From Opitutales bacterium (GTDB lineage Bacteria; Verrucomicrobiota; Verrucomicrobiia; Opitutales; Opitutaceae), in NCBI GenBank assembly GCA_038249085.1, contig JBBRWR010000010.1:11009-75008 (forward strand): a stretch of 64,000 bases of DNA, in the 5' to 3' direction. This document shows positions 1 through 9,798 of the stretch, in pieces; positions within the stretch are counted from its first letter, which is position 1; each line of letters starts with the position of its first letter. Under the pieces are notes generated by a model, which made no database searches, was not told where the DNA came from, and was given only the letters and a program-made list of their open reading frames with translations. The position numbers and the translations under genes were made by a program.

Positions 1-2
1 AC

Positions 3-896
3 GTCGGCGCCATGGATCCGCAACTCTTCCTTTCGCCCGACGAATGTGGCGATGCGCTGGTGGCCGGCCGACCCACGGGCAAGTACTCACCGCTCGAGGT
101 GGCGCAATGGCTGGAAGACATTGCCGCGGCCGCAGACGCCGGGATCCTCGCGGCCCGCGCCCAACTCGGCGCCGCCGCCGTGCAGCCGGCGTTTCGCCGG
201 ATCGAGGAAGACGTGCTGATCCTGCGGGGGCTGGCCGTCTTCTTCGCGGCCAAATTCCGCAGCGCCGTGCTCTGGCGCATCCACACCCTCACCGGCAGCC
301 GGGCCGCGGGCGAAGCGGCCGTCGCCCGTTACGTCGAGGGGCGCAACGCCTGGGCCGCGATGGCGGAACGCGCGCAGGGCGTGTATCGGCCCGATATTAC
401 GTACGGCCGGGGGCGGACGAGCGGGCATTGGCAGGACATGATTCCCGATTTCGACGCCGACATCGCCGACCTGCGCCGCCGGCTCGCGACGCCTGCCGCC
501 CCGACCAAGGAGGCGGACGCCGCCGCCGGGGAGCGCGCTTTGAAAGTGGCGGGTGCCAAACCGGTGCGGCCCACCGTGGCGGTCGAACACACCCCCGCGG
601 AAAAGTTCCGCGCCGGCCAGCCGCTCGCCGTGGCCTTGCGCAGTGGCGCGGCCGCGCCCGTCCGGGTGGTGTTGCACTACCGCCACGTCAACCAGGCCGA
701 GCGCTGGCAGGCGGTCGATCTCACCCGTGACGGGGCTGCCTGGCGCGGCGAAATCCCGGCCGCGTATACATCCGGCCGATACGCCCTGCAGTATTACTTC
801 GAGATCGTGACCGGACCGACGGCGGCCACGCTGTTGCCGCCGCTCGCCGCCGATCTGGCCAACACGCCGTACTTCGTGGCCCGCCGCTCGGCCTGA
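3..896 (+). CDS. hypothetical protein, C-terminal part (5' end lies upstream of the window)
   Basis: The frame is open from the window edge (no stop between nt 3 and the listed ATG at 12) to the stop at 896. Codon third positions are GC-rich. I can name no family motif (tail ...HYRHVNQAERWQAVDL...YALQYYFEI...). Confidence 0.55.
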   Translation, partial: VGAMDPQLFLSPDECGDALVAGRPTGKYSPLEVAQWLEDIAAAADAGILAARAQLGAAAVQPAFRRIEEDVLILRGLAVFFAAKFRSAVLWRIHTLTGSRAAGEAAVARYVEGRNAWAAMAERAQGVYRPDITYGRGRTSGHWQDMIPDFDADIADLRRRLATPAAPTKEADAAAGERALKVAGAKPVRPTVAVEHTPAEKFRAGQPLAVALRSGAAAPVRVVLHYRHVNQAERWQAVDLTRDGAAWRGEIPAAYTSGRYALQYYFEIVTGPTAATLLPPLAADLANTPYFVARRSA

Positions 897-933
897 AATC
901 CCTGCCATTGGATTACGCTGCCTCCTCTCCACC

Positions 934-3528
934 ATGATTCGCCCCTCCATGACAGTTTTGGCGCTGCTGACCGCGGGTTGGACCCTGGCCGCCAGCCCGC
1001 CTCCGCCGCGCCCCCTGATCTGGGTCACGCCGGCCGACCGCGCGCCCATCCTCGCGAAGATCGCCGCGCAGCCGTGGGCGCAGGCTTCGTTCGACGCGAT
1101 GCAGGCTCGCGCCCGGAGCGCCGTCGCGTCGCACCAGCGCGACCCGGACGCGTTCTTGCGCGGCCTGCCGTTGGTCCCGAATTCCGCGGATCCAAAGCTC
1201 CATCCTACGCTCGCGCACATCCGGCGGAACGCGGAGAGCGAATCCGGCGATGACCGCCGCAACAGTCTCCAGCGTTATCTGCTGATCGGCGAAGACTGCG
1301 GCGTGGCGTATTTTCTCACGCAGGACGAAGCCTACGCCCGTTGTGCCGCCGATATCCTGGGCGCGGTGATCGAGGCCCTGGTGTTGATGCCGCCCAATGA
1401 ATCGCCTGAGAACGGCGGCTGGATCTACCCCGACGATCATCTCTATGAGGCCCGGGCGCTGGGGGCCCAATTGCCCATCGTCTACGATTTTGTCGCCGAC
1501 TTCCTGCGGGGTGGGGCGACGGTCCTCAATCTCGCCACCCGGCGTCAAACCGGATTCGACTTCGGTCACGCGCAGCAGGTGTTTCGTACTTATGCGCGGC
1601 TCGCCATCGAGCACGGCATCATCGACAGCAATTGGCCGGTCCTCGAGATGCCGAGCCTCGTCCACAACGTGCTCGCCCTCGATGATCCCGCGGAACGGGT
1701 GCGCCTGATGGCGTATGTCACGCATCAGAACACCCCGCATCAGGACTCGCTGGAGAAAGTCGTCGCGGAGTACGCGAAGCCCGGCGCCGTGTGGCCCGAG
1801 TCGTTCCAGTATTCCAGTGGCGTCTCCTCCCTCGCGACGTATCTCGTGGCCCTCCTGCGCCGGCAGACCCCGGCGATTCCGCTCCCGGCGGCTTATGCGA
1901 ATATTCCGCTTTCGCTGGCGCGCCTGCGCGACTTTCGCTTTCCCAACGGCGAGAACATCCGCTTTGGCGACAGCCCGCGGCGCAGTGGCGAAGGCTACGA
2001 TTCCTATGAAATCGCCTACGCCCTGGGCCGGCGCGAGGGGGACGCGAACCTGCAGCGAATCTTCGGCGGTCTGATCAATCTCGGGATCAAGCAGGGAAAG
2101 TATCTTCGGTCGGAGCCCCGGGCCAACAATGCCGGCGCCAGTGCCAATCTGGGCCCGCTCAAGTTGTTGTGGTATGCCGCCGAGGTGGCCGGCGAGACGA
2201 CGGCGACCGCCCCACGCGTCACGGACGAACTCCCCTTTGTCGGCGCCGTGCTGCAACGCAATCTGTCCCCGGACGGCGATCCGATCCACGGCCTGATGGC
2301 CGTCGTCAGCGGCGGGCATCACGTCCACGGTCATGCCTCGGGCATGTCGCTGGAACTTTACGGCGCCGGCCAGGTGCTGGGCACCGGTGCCGGCAAGGGA
2401 TCCTATACCACCGACGAGCACGAAAACTACCGCCGCCTCTTCGCCGCCTACAACGGTGTCGTCGTCAACGGGGCCTCGCGCAGCGAAGGCGGCTGGGTGA
2501 GTCTCGGGATCAACCCCGTGGAAAAAATTTCGCTCGAACCGGCGGTGGGCGCGGTGCCGGTGTCAGCCCATCATTCGTTCACGGTCACGCGCTTCACCGA
2601 CGACAAGGGTCCAGGCGCCAAGGCCGGGCAGGAGCGCCTCGTCGGCGTCGTGCGCACCTCGGCCACCACCGGCTACTACGTGGATGTGTTCCGCTCTCGC
2701 TCCGCGCTGCCGCACCAGTTTCACGACTACCTGTATCATAACATCGGCGACGCGGTGACCTTTGCCACCGCGCGCGGGCCGCTGGCGCTGGCGGACTCGC
2801 CCGGCCGCTTCGTTCCGGTCGCGGGCGCCAAATGGGTCCACAACCGCTCCTACCTCTTCCCCGGGTGGCATGTGTTCAAGCAGGCCCGCACTTCGGCGGC
2901 GCTGGCGGAAGATATCACGGTCGAGTTTGCCGCCGGGAAGCTCAGGCCGGGGCCCGCCCGCATGCGCCTCTTCATCCCGGGCAATGAGGGTCGCGAGTAC
3001 TCGCAGGCGCTCGCGCCCGCCACCAAGGAGGCGCCGGATCCATACGGCAAGGCGTCCACGCCGGTGCTGGTGATCCGGCAGTCGGGCGAGGCCTGGGCTC
3101 GCCCCTTCGCGGTGGTCTACGAACCGTTTGGTGGCGCGGCCGGGTCCGGGTCGGTTCAAGCCGTCACCGCCCTGCGCCAGCGCGGGGCCTTTGTGGGCTT
3201 CAAGGTGGTGAACCGGATCGCGGGCGTCACCTCGACGCAATACGTGCTGGTGCTGCCGACGGCGACGAGTGACTTCGAGGATGCGAGCCTGGGGCTCTCC
3301 TTCCGGGGCCGTTACGCGGTGGTTAGCGTGAACGAGCGCAACGAATGCACCGGGCTTTACCTGGGGGAGGGATCGCAACTCCGCTACCGGGATTGCGGCC
3401 TCACCGTCCGCTCCGGGGCCGTGGGGGCCGCCGCCGTCGACCTGAGCACCGCCGTTCCGATTCTGAACGCGAGCGTCCCGACCGAGCTTTCCCTGGCCGA
3501 CGAAACCCGCCCAACACTGAAACCCTGA
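934..3528 (+). CDS. heparinase II/III-like polysaccharide lyase, secreted
   Basis: 864-aa ORF with an N-terminal signal-like segment (MIRPSMTVLALLTAGWTLAA). It carries the Hepar_II_III-type signature HHVHGHASGMSLELYGAGQVLGTGAGKGSY...YRRLFAAYNGVVVNG. Confidence 0.85.
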   Translation: MIRPSMTVLALLTAGWTLAASPPPPRPLIWVTPADRAPILAKIAAQPWAQASFDAMQARARSAVASHQRDPDAFLRGLPLVPNSADPKLHPTLAHIRRNAESESGDDRRNSLQRYLLIGEDCGVAYFLTQDEAYARCAADILGAVIEALVLMPPNESPENGGWIYPDDHLYEARALGAQLPIVYDFVADFLRGGATVLNLATRRQTGFDFGHAQQVFRTYARLAIEHGIIDSNWPVLEMPSLVHNVLALDDPAERVRLMAYVTHQNTPHQDSLEKVVAEYAKPGAVWPESFQYSSGVSSLATYLVALLRRQTPAIPLPAAYANIPLSLARLRDFRFPNGENIRFGDSPRRSGEGYDSYEIAYALGRREGDANLQRIFGGLINLGIKQGKYLRSEPRANNAGASANLGPLKLLWYAAEVAGETTATAPRVTDELPFVGAVLQRNLSPDGDPIHGLMAVVSGGHHVHGHASGMSLELYGAGQVLGTGAGKGSYTTDEHENYRRLFAAYNGVVVNGASRSEGGWVSLGINPVEKISLEPAVGAVPVSAHHSFTVTRFTDDKGPGAKAGQERLVGVVRTSATTGYYVDVFRSRSALPHQFHDYLYHNIGDAVTFATARGPLALADSPGRFVPVAGAKWVHNRSYLFPGWHVFKQARTSAALAEDITVEFAAGKLRPGPARMRLFIPGNEGREYSQALAPATKEAPDPYGKASTPVLVIRQSGEAWARPFAVVYEPFGGAAGSGSVQAVTALRQRGAFVGFKVVNRIAGVTSTQYVLVLPTATSDFEDASLGLSFRGRYAVVSVNERNECTGLYLGEGSQLRYRDCGLTVRSGAVGAAAVDLSTAVPILNASVPTELSLADETRPTLKP

Positions 3529-3920
3529 GTTCTGGCGGCGTTGGTTCGCTGATCCGCTGTTCCCCCCCCACGCCCCCCAGCTGGACCTCGACCGCGCGAG
3601 CGGCGTGGTGTTTCCGCGTCGCGCGTTCCGCGGAAACCCGCGGGCGATTGCGTGGACGCTGCGCATGGACTTCTGAGCCGGCGAGGCCCGCGCGGCGAAC
3701 GGCCACATCGGGCGGGAACGCGGCCGGCTGGCGCGCGGACGAGTATGACCGCGCACCCGCGGCGGCACGGGCTGGATCTTCGACCTCCGGCGAAACGGGT
3801 GTGGGAGGTGGTCATCGAGGATCGCGCCGGCGCGAATCCGATGGGCGGGCAGCCCTGTACGGGCCCGCGCCGGCCCTCGCGGGTCGGGCCGGGGGCCACG
3901 CGCGCAGGCGAGACCCGCGT

Positions 3921-5957
3921 TCACGGCTGCCGGTGATTGACGTACAGCGGCAGGAAGAACTGATAAGTGTACTTCACCGGGCGGGAGGCCACGCCCTCGC
4001 CGGGCCGCGGCGGCAGGCGGGTCAGTGGCAGCGCCTCCCTCCCGTCCCGCCCGCTGTCCACCACGGCCGTGGCGTAGCCGCGCCCGAGGGCCGCGTGACC
4101 ATTGGTGTGCAGGATCAGCGAGGCCTCGGAGTCCTCGAGCAGGACGATGTTCTCGCTGGAGTTTGCCGGATACGTGCCGCTGCCCTTCGGCGAACTGAAG
4201 GGGGTCTGATTCGCCACCCCGCCGAGCACCTCGAGCCGGCTGCCCCGGCGCGCGACGAAGTTCTCGCAGCTGGACTCCACCTTGTATCCGAAAACCCACA
4301 CCACCGCCTGCTCCGCCACGAAGTTGGGGCCGTTCTTCCGCTCCGTGTTGATGAACCGGCAATAGGCTTCCTGATGGATGAACGGGTTCTCCTTGCCGAG
4401 GCCATTCACACAGTTGGCAAAGATCGTCGTCCATTCCTGATTCCGGTTTCGATACGCGGTCCGCGCCGCGATGTTCTGCAGGATCACCGTCCGCGGCGCG
4501 CGGTGCTCGCAGACCACTCCGCGCATCGCTTCAAAGTCCTCGAGCACGAGCGGATGCGGCGAATTCGCGTCGACGCGGAAAAGCACGTCGGGCCCGGAAA
4601 AGTGCGCGAACAGGCCGCTGATGCGGCGCACCGTCGCCGGCACGGACACCGGCTGGCCAAAATGATAATTGCGGCGGGGAAAGCAGATCGCGGACCGCCC
4701 GGAGTTCAGCGCGCGCTGGATCGCCGCGCTGTCATCGGCCTGCCCGTCGCCGACGGCGCCGAAATCGTCCACGCTGGCCCACTCGGAGGCGGAAGCGGGT
4801 GCCGGCACGGCCGGGACGTCCTTGACCGGAAGATTCAGCGAGCGCAGCGAGCGCTGGCCGGCGGCCGCAAATACCGGGCCGGACACGTACTCGTCCGTCC
4901 GGCCGGGCGCGAGCGTCCGCCCGTTCTTCTCCAGCGTGCGGCCATAGCCGCTGACCGTCACCTGCCGCACAAACAGCTGGCCCTCCGGGCTCGCGATGGC
5001 CGGCGCCGCGGGTTCGCCCCCGACGAGTTCGCTCTCGAGCAGCACGACATGCGAGCCGGGCCGCTCCTGGCTGATGGCGGGAACGGCGTTTTCGCTGCGC
5101 AACTTGCGAATGGAGACGCCGCTCTGCAGGACGCGGAGGCCGGCGCGGCGCTGCCCGCGCAGGGTGACGTACTCGAACGAATTCTGCTGCGCATGGTACG
5201 GGTCGGAACTGATCCCGTAATCGAAGCCCGTCACCGTCAGATCGCAGTGGTAGCCCTGCGTCGGCGGCACGCGGAAATGGAGGCCGATCGCGCCGGCGCC
5301 ATCCCCGGAGAGGACGGCGAGGTTGGAAACGGAGTTTCCGTTGGCCCCGTTGAAATCCAGCCCGATCGCGCCGGGGTTTCCGCGGCCGGTGTTGATCGTC
5401 AGATTGCGCAATGCGCTCTTGGTCTCCGCGTTGTTGAAATCGGTTCGGGCGAAGCGAATCACCGGCTTCGCGGCACCGGCTTCGAACCCGGGGCAGCGAT
5501 CGCGCAAACGCACGGTTGTCGCTTCGCGCGACTCGCCGATGAACCGGAGGGAGGCCAGCCCCTCGGCCTGCGGATTGACCTCGTGATAGGGCACGACGGC
5601 GCCGCCATGGATGATCGTGTCGCTGACCAGGTACGTGCCGCGGGGGAGATAGATGATGAAACTCGCCTGGCCGTCGTGGATCCCGTGTTCCCGGATCTTG
5701 TCGGCGACGAAATCGCAGGCTTGGCGCAAGGCGGCGGTGTCATCGGTGCGGCCATCGCCGGCGGCGTTGAAGGGAGGCATCCGCACGTTCAGCACCCGCC
5801 CGCCCTTCCCGGCGTGCCGGAACGCTTCGTCGGGATAAACGCAGACGGTTCCCGGGTGGCGATCCCCGGCCGGGGCTTCCGCGGCGGCCGGCGCCGCGGA
5901 CCCGGGCAAGGCGGCGGTGGCGAGCAGGGCGGCGAGGAGCGGGCGTGGGGGGAGCAT
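3921..5957 (-). CDS. pectate-lyase-fold (GH55-like) protein with two beta-helix modules, secreted
   Basis: 678-aa ORF with a signal peptide (LLAALLATAALPGSAAPAAA). Two copies of the Pectate_lyase_3-type opener are present: NVRMPPFNAAGDGRTDDTAALRQA and SVDDFGAVGDGQADDSAAIQRAL. Confidence 0.8.
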   Translation of the reverse strand: MLPPRPLLAALLATAALPGSAAPAAAEAPAGDRHPGTVCVYPDEAFRHAGKGGRVLNVRMPPFNAAGDGRTDDTAALRQACDFVADKIREHGIHDGQASFIIYLPRGTYLVSDTIIHGGAVVPYHEVNPQAEGLASLRFIGESREATTVRLRDRCPGFEAGAAKPVIRFARTDFNNAETKSALRNLTINTGRGNPGAIGLDFNGANGNSVSNLAVLSGDGAGAIGLHFRVPPTQGYHCDLTVTGFDYGISSDPYHAQQNSFEYVTLRGQRRAGLRVLQSGVSIRKLRSENAVPAISQERPGSHVVLLESELVGGEPAAPAIASPEGQLFVRQVTVSGYGRTLEKNGRTLAPGRTDEYVSGPVFAAAGQRSLRSLNLPVKDVPAVPAPASASEWASVDDFGAVGDGQADDSAAIQRALNSGRSAICFPRRNYHFGQPVSVPATVRRISGLFAHFSGPDVLFRVDANSPHPLVLEDFEAMRGVVCEHRAPRTVILQNIAARTAYRNRNQEWTTIFANCVNGLGKENPFIHQEAYCRFINTERKNGPNFVAEQAVVWVFGYKVESSCENFVARRGSRLEVLGGVANQTPFSSPKGSGTYPANSSENIVLLEDSEASLILHTNGHAALGRGYATAVVDSGRDGREALPLTRLPPRPGEGVASRPVKYTYQFFLPLYVNHRQP

Positions 5958-5991
5958 GAGGCACCGCGGTGACTTCGCGGGAAGCCGGCGT

Positions 5992-8900
5992 TCAAAAACT
6001 GAACGTGTTCGTCAGGATGATGGAGCGCGGCTGCTGCGCGGTGTAGACGGCGCCCGTGCCGGTGATCCCGGTCGTGGACGCCAGTTGCATCAGGAGTGCG
6101 CGATCATCGAAGAGATTGCGCACATTCAGCTGCACCCGCCACAGCACCTTGTGCTGTTTGAACAATCGCCGGCTGTACCCCGCGAAGGCATCGATGCTCC
6201 GCAGTGAGCTGCCGTAGATCGGGTGGTCGACGTCGTCCACTTGCAGCGTGGCGCTGGTGAGCCCGGGAATGAAGAAGGGGTTGTCGTCGATCACGATCTT
6301 GTGGTACCCGGCGGCCATCGGGCTGCGCCAAACATAGTTGAACCCGGTGAAAAGTCCCTTGAGCCGGCCTTGCTCGAAGGTGTACCGGCCCGTGACCGTG
6401 ACGCGGTATTTTCGCTCCGCGGCGTTCAGGTGGCCTTCGGAGAGACGGACGAAGTTGAAACCCTGCACGGCCGCATTCAGCACCTGGCCAACGGTGGCGC
6501 CCTGGGCATTGGGCAGAAACGGCCGGTTCAAGTAGCGCGCCCACACTGGCAGCCGCTCCTGAATGAAGTCGAAATACTGCGGGCCGATGTTGGTCTCGCG
6601 CGTGCCGTTGCGCGCGGCGCTGACGGACAGCCGCCACTGGGGCGTCGGGTTGCCGATCACCGTCAACTCGTACCCTTCCGCCACGCGATCGGACATCAGG
6701 TCGAAGCTCTGCTGGACGGAGTTGCCGGCGTTCGCCCCGGTCGGCAGCAGCGTGGCGAGCGCGTCCTGGTACACGCCGTATTTTTCGCTGCGGGTGAAGC
6801 TGCCTTTCTCCTGGGTTTCGTAGATTTGCACGGAGCGTTCAAGGTTGGCGACCTCGCGCCGGAAGTTGCTGCCGCGGCCGGCAATCGTGGCGGTGGGGGT
6901 GACGGCACGTCCGGAAGCCAGATTCCCGATGCTGGAATTTTCGTACTTCTGCAGCCGCAGGCTCAGGCGGTCGCCCCACCGGACGGAGAGTCCGTACTCC
7001 TTGCTCGTACCCTTTCCCGTCGTCACCAGTTCGCCGGTGAGATTCCGGCGGCTGGAGGTTTCCACCCGCTGCGTGTCCGACTCGAAATAGGAGAGCGACG
7101 CCCAGCGCAGCGGGTGAACCACCACGCCCTTGATGCGGGTCTGGGGCGCACTGGCCCGCGCCAGTTCCCACGGGACACCGCCATTTGCCAGGGCAAAGAA
7201 ATCCGGCGTGGGTACGGCATTGGGAGCCTCATACAGATCCACGTAGTCCTTCCGCTGGCCCAGCGTGGCGACAATCCGGTTCTGGAGCAGCCGGCTCTGG
7301 AGCGCGAACGAACGCGAACTGGCGAGGTTGCGGGTTTCGTTATTGAGCGAGGGCGTGGCCCCGGCGTCCCAGGAGCCAAGATAGATCTGTCTACCATTGG
7401 CATCGAGCGCGCCCGGGACCGCCACGGGGCCGTCCGCGAGCGGGTCGAACGGGAGATGAACGGCCAGGTGCCGGGGATCGATGTACTGGCGAAAGACCAG
7501 CCGGCGTGAGTTGGGGTCGGCGGTGGTGAAACTGTAATCGCCCACCACGCGTGGCGAGGCTTCCCCGCCGAGGGTGAACGAATCCAGCCGATCAAAGAGC
7601 ACGGAAATCTGGTGCTGGCCCAGCCATTGGCGCCAGCCGCCCATCGATTCGAAATCCAGCTGGTAGGCGAACGAGAGCCGCTTCTGCTCCTTTTCGCCGA
7701 AATTCCGGGCCGTGATGATCGCCCCGCTGCTGTTGTCGAAATAGTATTGGCCGAAGTTCGGGTTGGGCGTGACGCGATCGTTCAGGAACCGGTTCGCGTC
7801 AATCTGGAGTTCGGCGGTTTGGTTGCTGAAATAGTCGGAACCCCGGTGGCGGAGCCGTTCGCGATTGTAGCCGACCTCGACGAAGAAATTCCGGAAAGGA
7901 GTGATTTCGGCCACCGCGCCGGTGCTCCAGGCGTTGGTTTTGGACTGGTTGCCATTGCCCGAATAGGCGACGTCAAACGGATACAGCGCCGGGTCGATGA
8001 CGGTGTGCTCGTAGCTGTCGAGCGCGGACCCGTTCGGGCCGGTCATCGAATCGAAACCGCGGGTGAGCACGGTGTTGCCCTGAAAGCCCACCGGCCCGAT
8101 CACGCCAGCGGGGCTCAACCGGAGGTAGGGCTGCGTGGTGATGCTGCGGGCGAACGGCGCACTGGTGGGCGCGGCCGGGAATGCCGCCGCGGTGCCGCCG
8201 CCATTGTTGAAGGCCGGGCTGCCGGCGAGAAGCCAGGGCGTGACATGGTCCTGCAGCAGGCTGTTGCGCACCGGAATCGAGTGGGAGGAAACCGTCTCGT
8301 AATAGGCGCGCAGCGAAATCTTCTCCCCGGGTTTGAACGCCAGCGTGCCATACAGCCGGTCCTCCTTGCGGCCGGCGGGCGCACGCCAGTGATGATCGCG
8401 GTCATGGAGCGCGGCCAGCCGCAGGCCGAGCACGTCGCGCTTCAGGGGTACATTGACATCCGTGGTCGCGCGATGACTGCCGCGTTCGTCGATCCGATAG
8501 CTCACCTCGTATTTCTGGCGCGCCAGCTGCGCCCGCTTCAGGGTGGCATCGATGGTGCCCGAGGGGGCGGAGTTCCCGAAGAGGATCGAGTTGCCGCCGC
8601 TGGCGAAGGTCAGTCGCTCCAGGTTGTACGTGTCCAGCGGGATGAACGTATCGAAAAAGTCATGACCCACGTTGGGCGAGGTCAGCCCGCGGATCCGGCT
8701 GGAACCGCCAAAGGGCCGGATGGTGGCCGAGATCCCGGCGCCGCCGGGCAGCGCGAAGTTCGCCGCCTCGTCCGAAGTTTCGGCATTCAGCGAATACATC
8801 ATCGCCTCATCCATCGTCGTGACCGCCAGGTCCTGCATGAACTCCGCCGTCATTACGTTCACCTGGTTCGCCAGGTCCTTCAGGTCGGTGCGCAGGCGGC

Positions 8901-9378
8901 TGCCGGCAAGTGTCTGCGTCGCCTGGTAACCGACATCGCTCGAGGCGGTGACCTCGAAGGGACTCAGGGTGACGAGTGCGCCGTCCTCGCGCTGATCACC
9001 CGTCGCGGGGCGCCCCGGCGGAGCGGACGCGGGTTGCGGGGCGGCGGGAGCCGCGGAAATGGAAAACGCGCCGGTGGCCGGGTCCTGCCGGGCCACCAGC
9101 CCGGTGCCGGCGAGCATGCGCGCCATCGCCTCCGCCGGCGGCAGCGTTTCGTACACCGGATTCGTCGGCCCTGCGAGCGTCGCGGCGGGGCCAGACACGA
9201 CCTCGACGCCCGCTTGGATCGAGAATTGGCGCAGCGACCTTTCCGCCGCGTCCGCCGACAGGTTGAACGAGCGCGCGGCTTCGGCTGCGGCAGTCGAATT
9301 CGCCGTGCCCAATGAGCCGAGGGCAAGAACCACCAGCGCCAGTTGCCTTACGAGGGAAGCGTATAGTCTGGAGATCAT
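5992..9378 (-). CDS. TonB-dependent receptor with N-terminal STN (secretin/TonB short N-terminal) domain
   Basis: I place the start at the internal ATG (MISRLYASLVRQLALVVLALG..., nt 9378), not the ORF-track start at 9465. An STN-like segment is present (RSFNLSADAAERSLRQFSIQAGVEVV...AEAMARMLAGTGLVA). The body is plug plus beta-barrel-like, and the C-terminus ends in ...LTNTFSF. Confidence 0.9.
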   Translation of the reverse strand: MISRLYASLVRQLALVVLALGSLGTANSTAAAEAARSFNLSADAAERSLRQFSIQAGVEVVSGPAATLAGPTNPVYETLPPAEAMARMLAGTGLVARQDPATGAFSISAAPAAPQPASAPPGRPATGDQREDGALVTLSPFEVTASSDVGYQATQTLAGSRLRTDLKDLANQVNVMTAEFMQDLAVTTMDEAMMYSLNAETSDEAANFALPGGAGISATIRPFGGSSRIRGLTSPNVGHDFFDTFIPLDTYNLERLTFASGGNSILFGNSAPSGTIDATLKRAQLARQKYEVSYRIDERGSHRATTDVNVPLKRDVLGLRLAALHDRDHHWRAPAGRKEDRLYGTLAFKPGEKISLRAYYETVSSHSIPVRNSLLQDHVTPWLLAGSPAFNNGGGTAAAFPAAPTSAPFARSITTQPYLRLSPAGVIGPVGFQGNTVLTRGFDSMTGPNGSALDSYEHTVIDPALYPFDVAYSGNGNQSKTNAWSTGAVAEITPFRNFFVEVGYNRERLRHRGSDYFSNQTAELQIDANRFLNDRVTPNPNFGQYYFDNSSGAIITARNFGEKEQKRLSFAYQLDFESMGGWRQWLGQHQISVLFDRLDSFTLGGEASPRVVGDYSFTTADPNSRRLVFRQYIDPRHLAVHLPFDPLADGPVAVPGALDANGRQIYLGSWDAGATPSLNNETRNLASSRSFALQSRLLQNRIVATLGQRKDYVDLYEAPNAVPTPDFFALANGGVPWELARASAPQTRIKGVVVHPLRWASLSYFESDTQRVETSSRRNLTGELVTTGKGTSKEYGLSVRWGDRLSLRLQKYENSSIGNLASGRAVTPTATIAGRGSNFRREVANLERSVQIYETQEKGSFTRSEKYGVYQDALATLLPTGANAGNSVQQSFDLMSDRVAEGYELTVIGNPTPQWRLSVSAARNGTRETNIGPQYFDFIQERLPVWARYLNRPFLPNAQGATVGQVLNAAVQGFNFVRLSEGHLNAAERKYRVTVTGRYTFEQGRLKGLFTGFNYVWRSPMAAGYHKIVIDDNPFFIPGLTSATLQVDDVDHPIYGSSLRSIDAFAGYSRRLFKQHKVLWRVQLNVRNLFDDRALLMQLASTTGITGTGAVYTAQQPRSIILTNTFSF

Positions 9379-9798
9379 ACGAGGTAGACGCCAGACCCCC
9401 CGGCGTTCGACCACAAGTTCAAATGCGCGCTCCGGGAGTTGCCGCCACGCCGCCGTGTTGTCCACGCGGAGACGACCACTAATCCGCGGCCGGCCGAGCG
9501 CTTGAGCCGCGTGTGGTCACTCGCTTCCACCTCGATTCGGTCTAATCATCTTTTCTCCGTGCGAACCCTGCTCTGCCGCCTCGGCCCCGCCCGGCTCATC
9601 GCCGCGCCCGCCGGCGCCCCTTCCGCTGCTCGCGGCCTGTCCGCCGTCTTTTCCTCCGCGGTGGCCGCCTTGCTCGTCGCGCTCGACTCGGGCAACCATG
9701 CCGCCCAGGTTCTCGGCGACGCTGGCGGCGGTGCCGGGCTCGTCGCGGTCTCCGAAGTCCCCTGACGCCTTTTGCCGCACCCAACCTCTCCCGCCTCC

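Noticed and set aside
9379-9798. Small ORFs (e.g. 9439-9765) in the divergent intergenic region between the STN receptor and the esterase
   Set aside because: They lack a convincing start or RBS, their translations are low-complexity Ala/Gly/Arg-rich, and they overlap each other on both strands. The region is more likely promoter/UTR.
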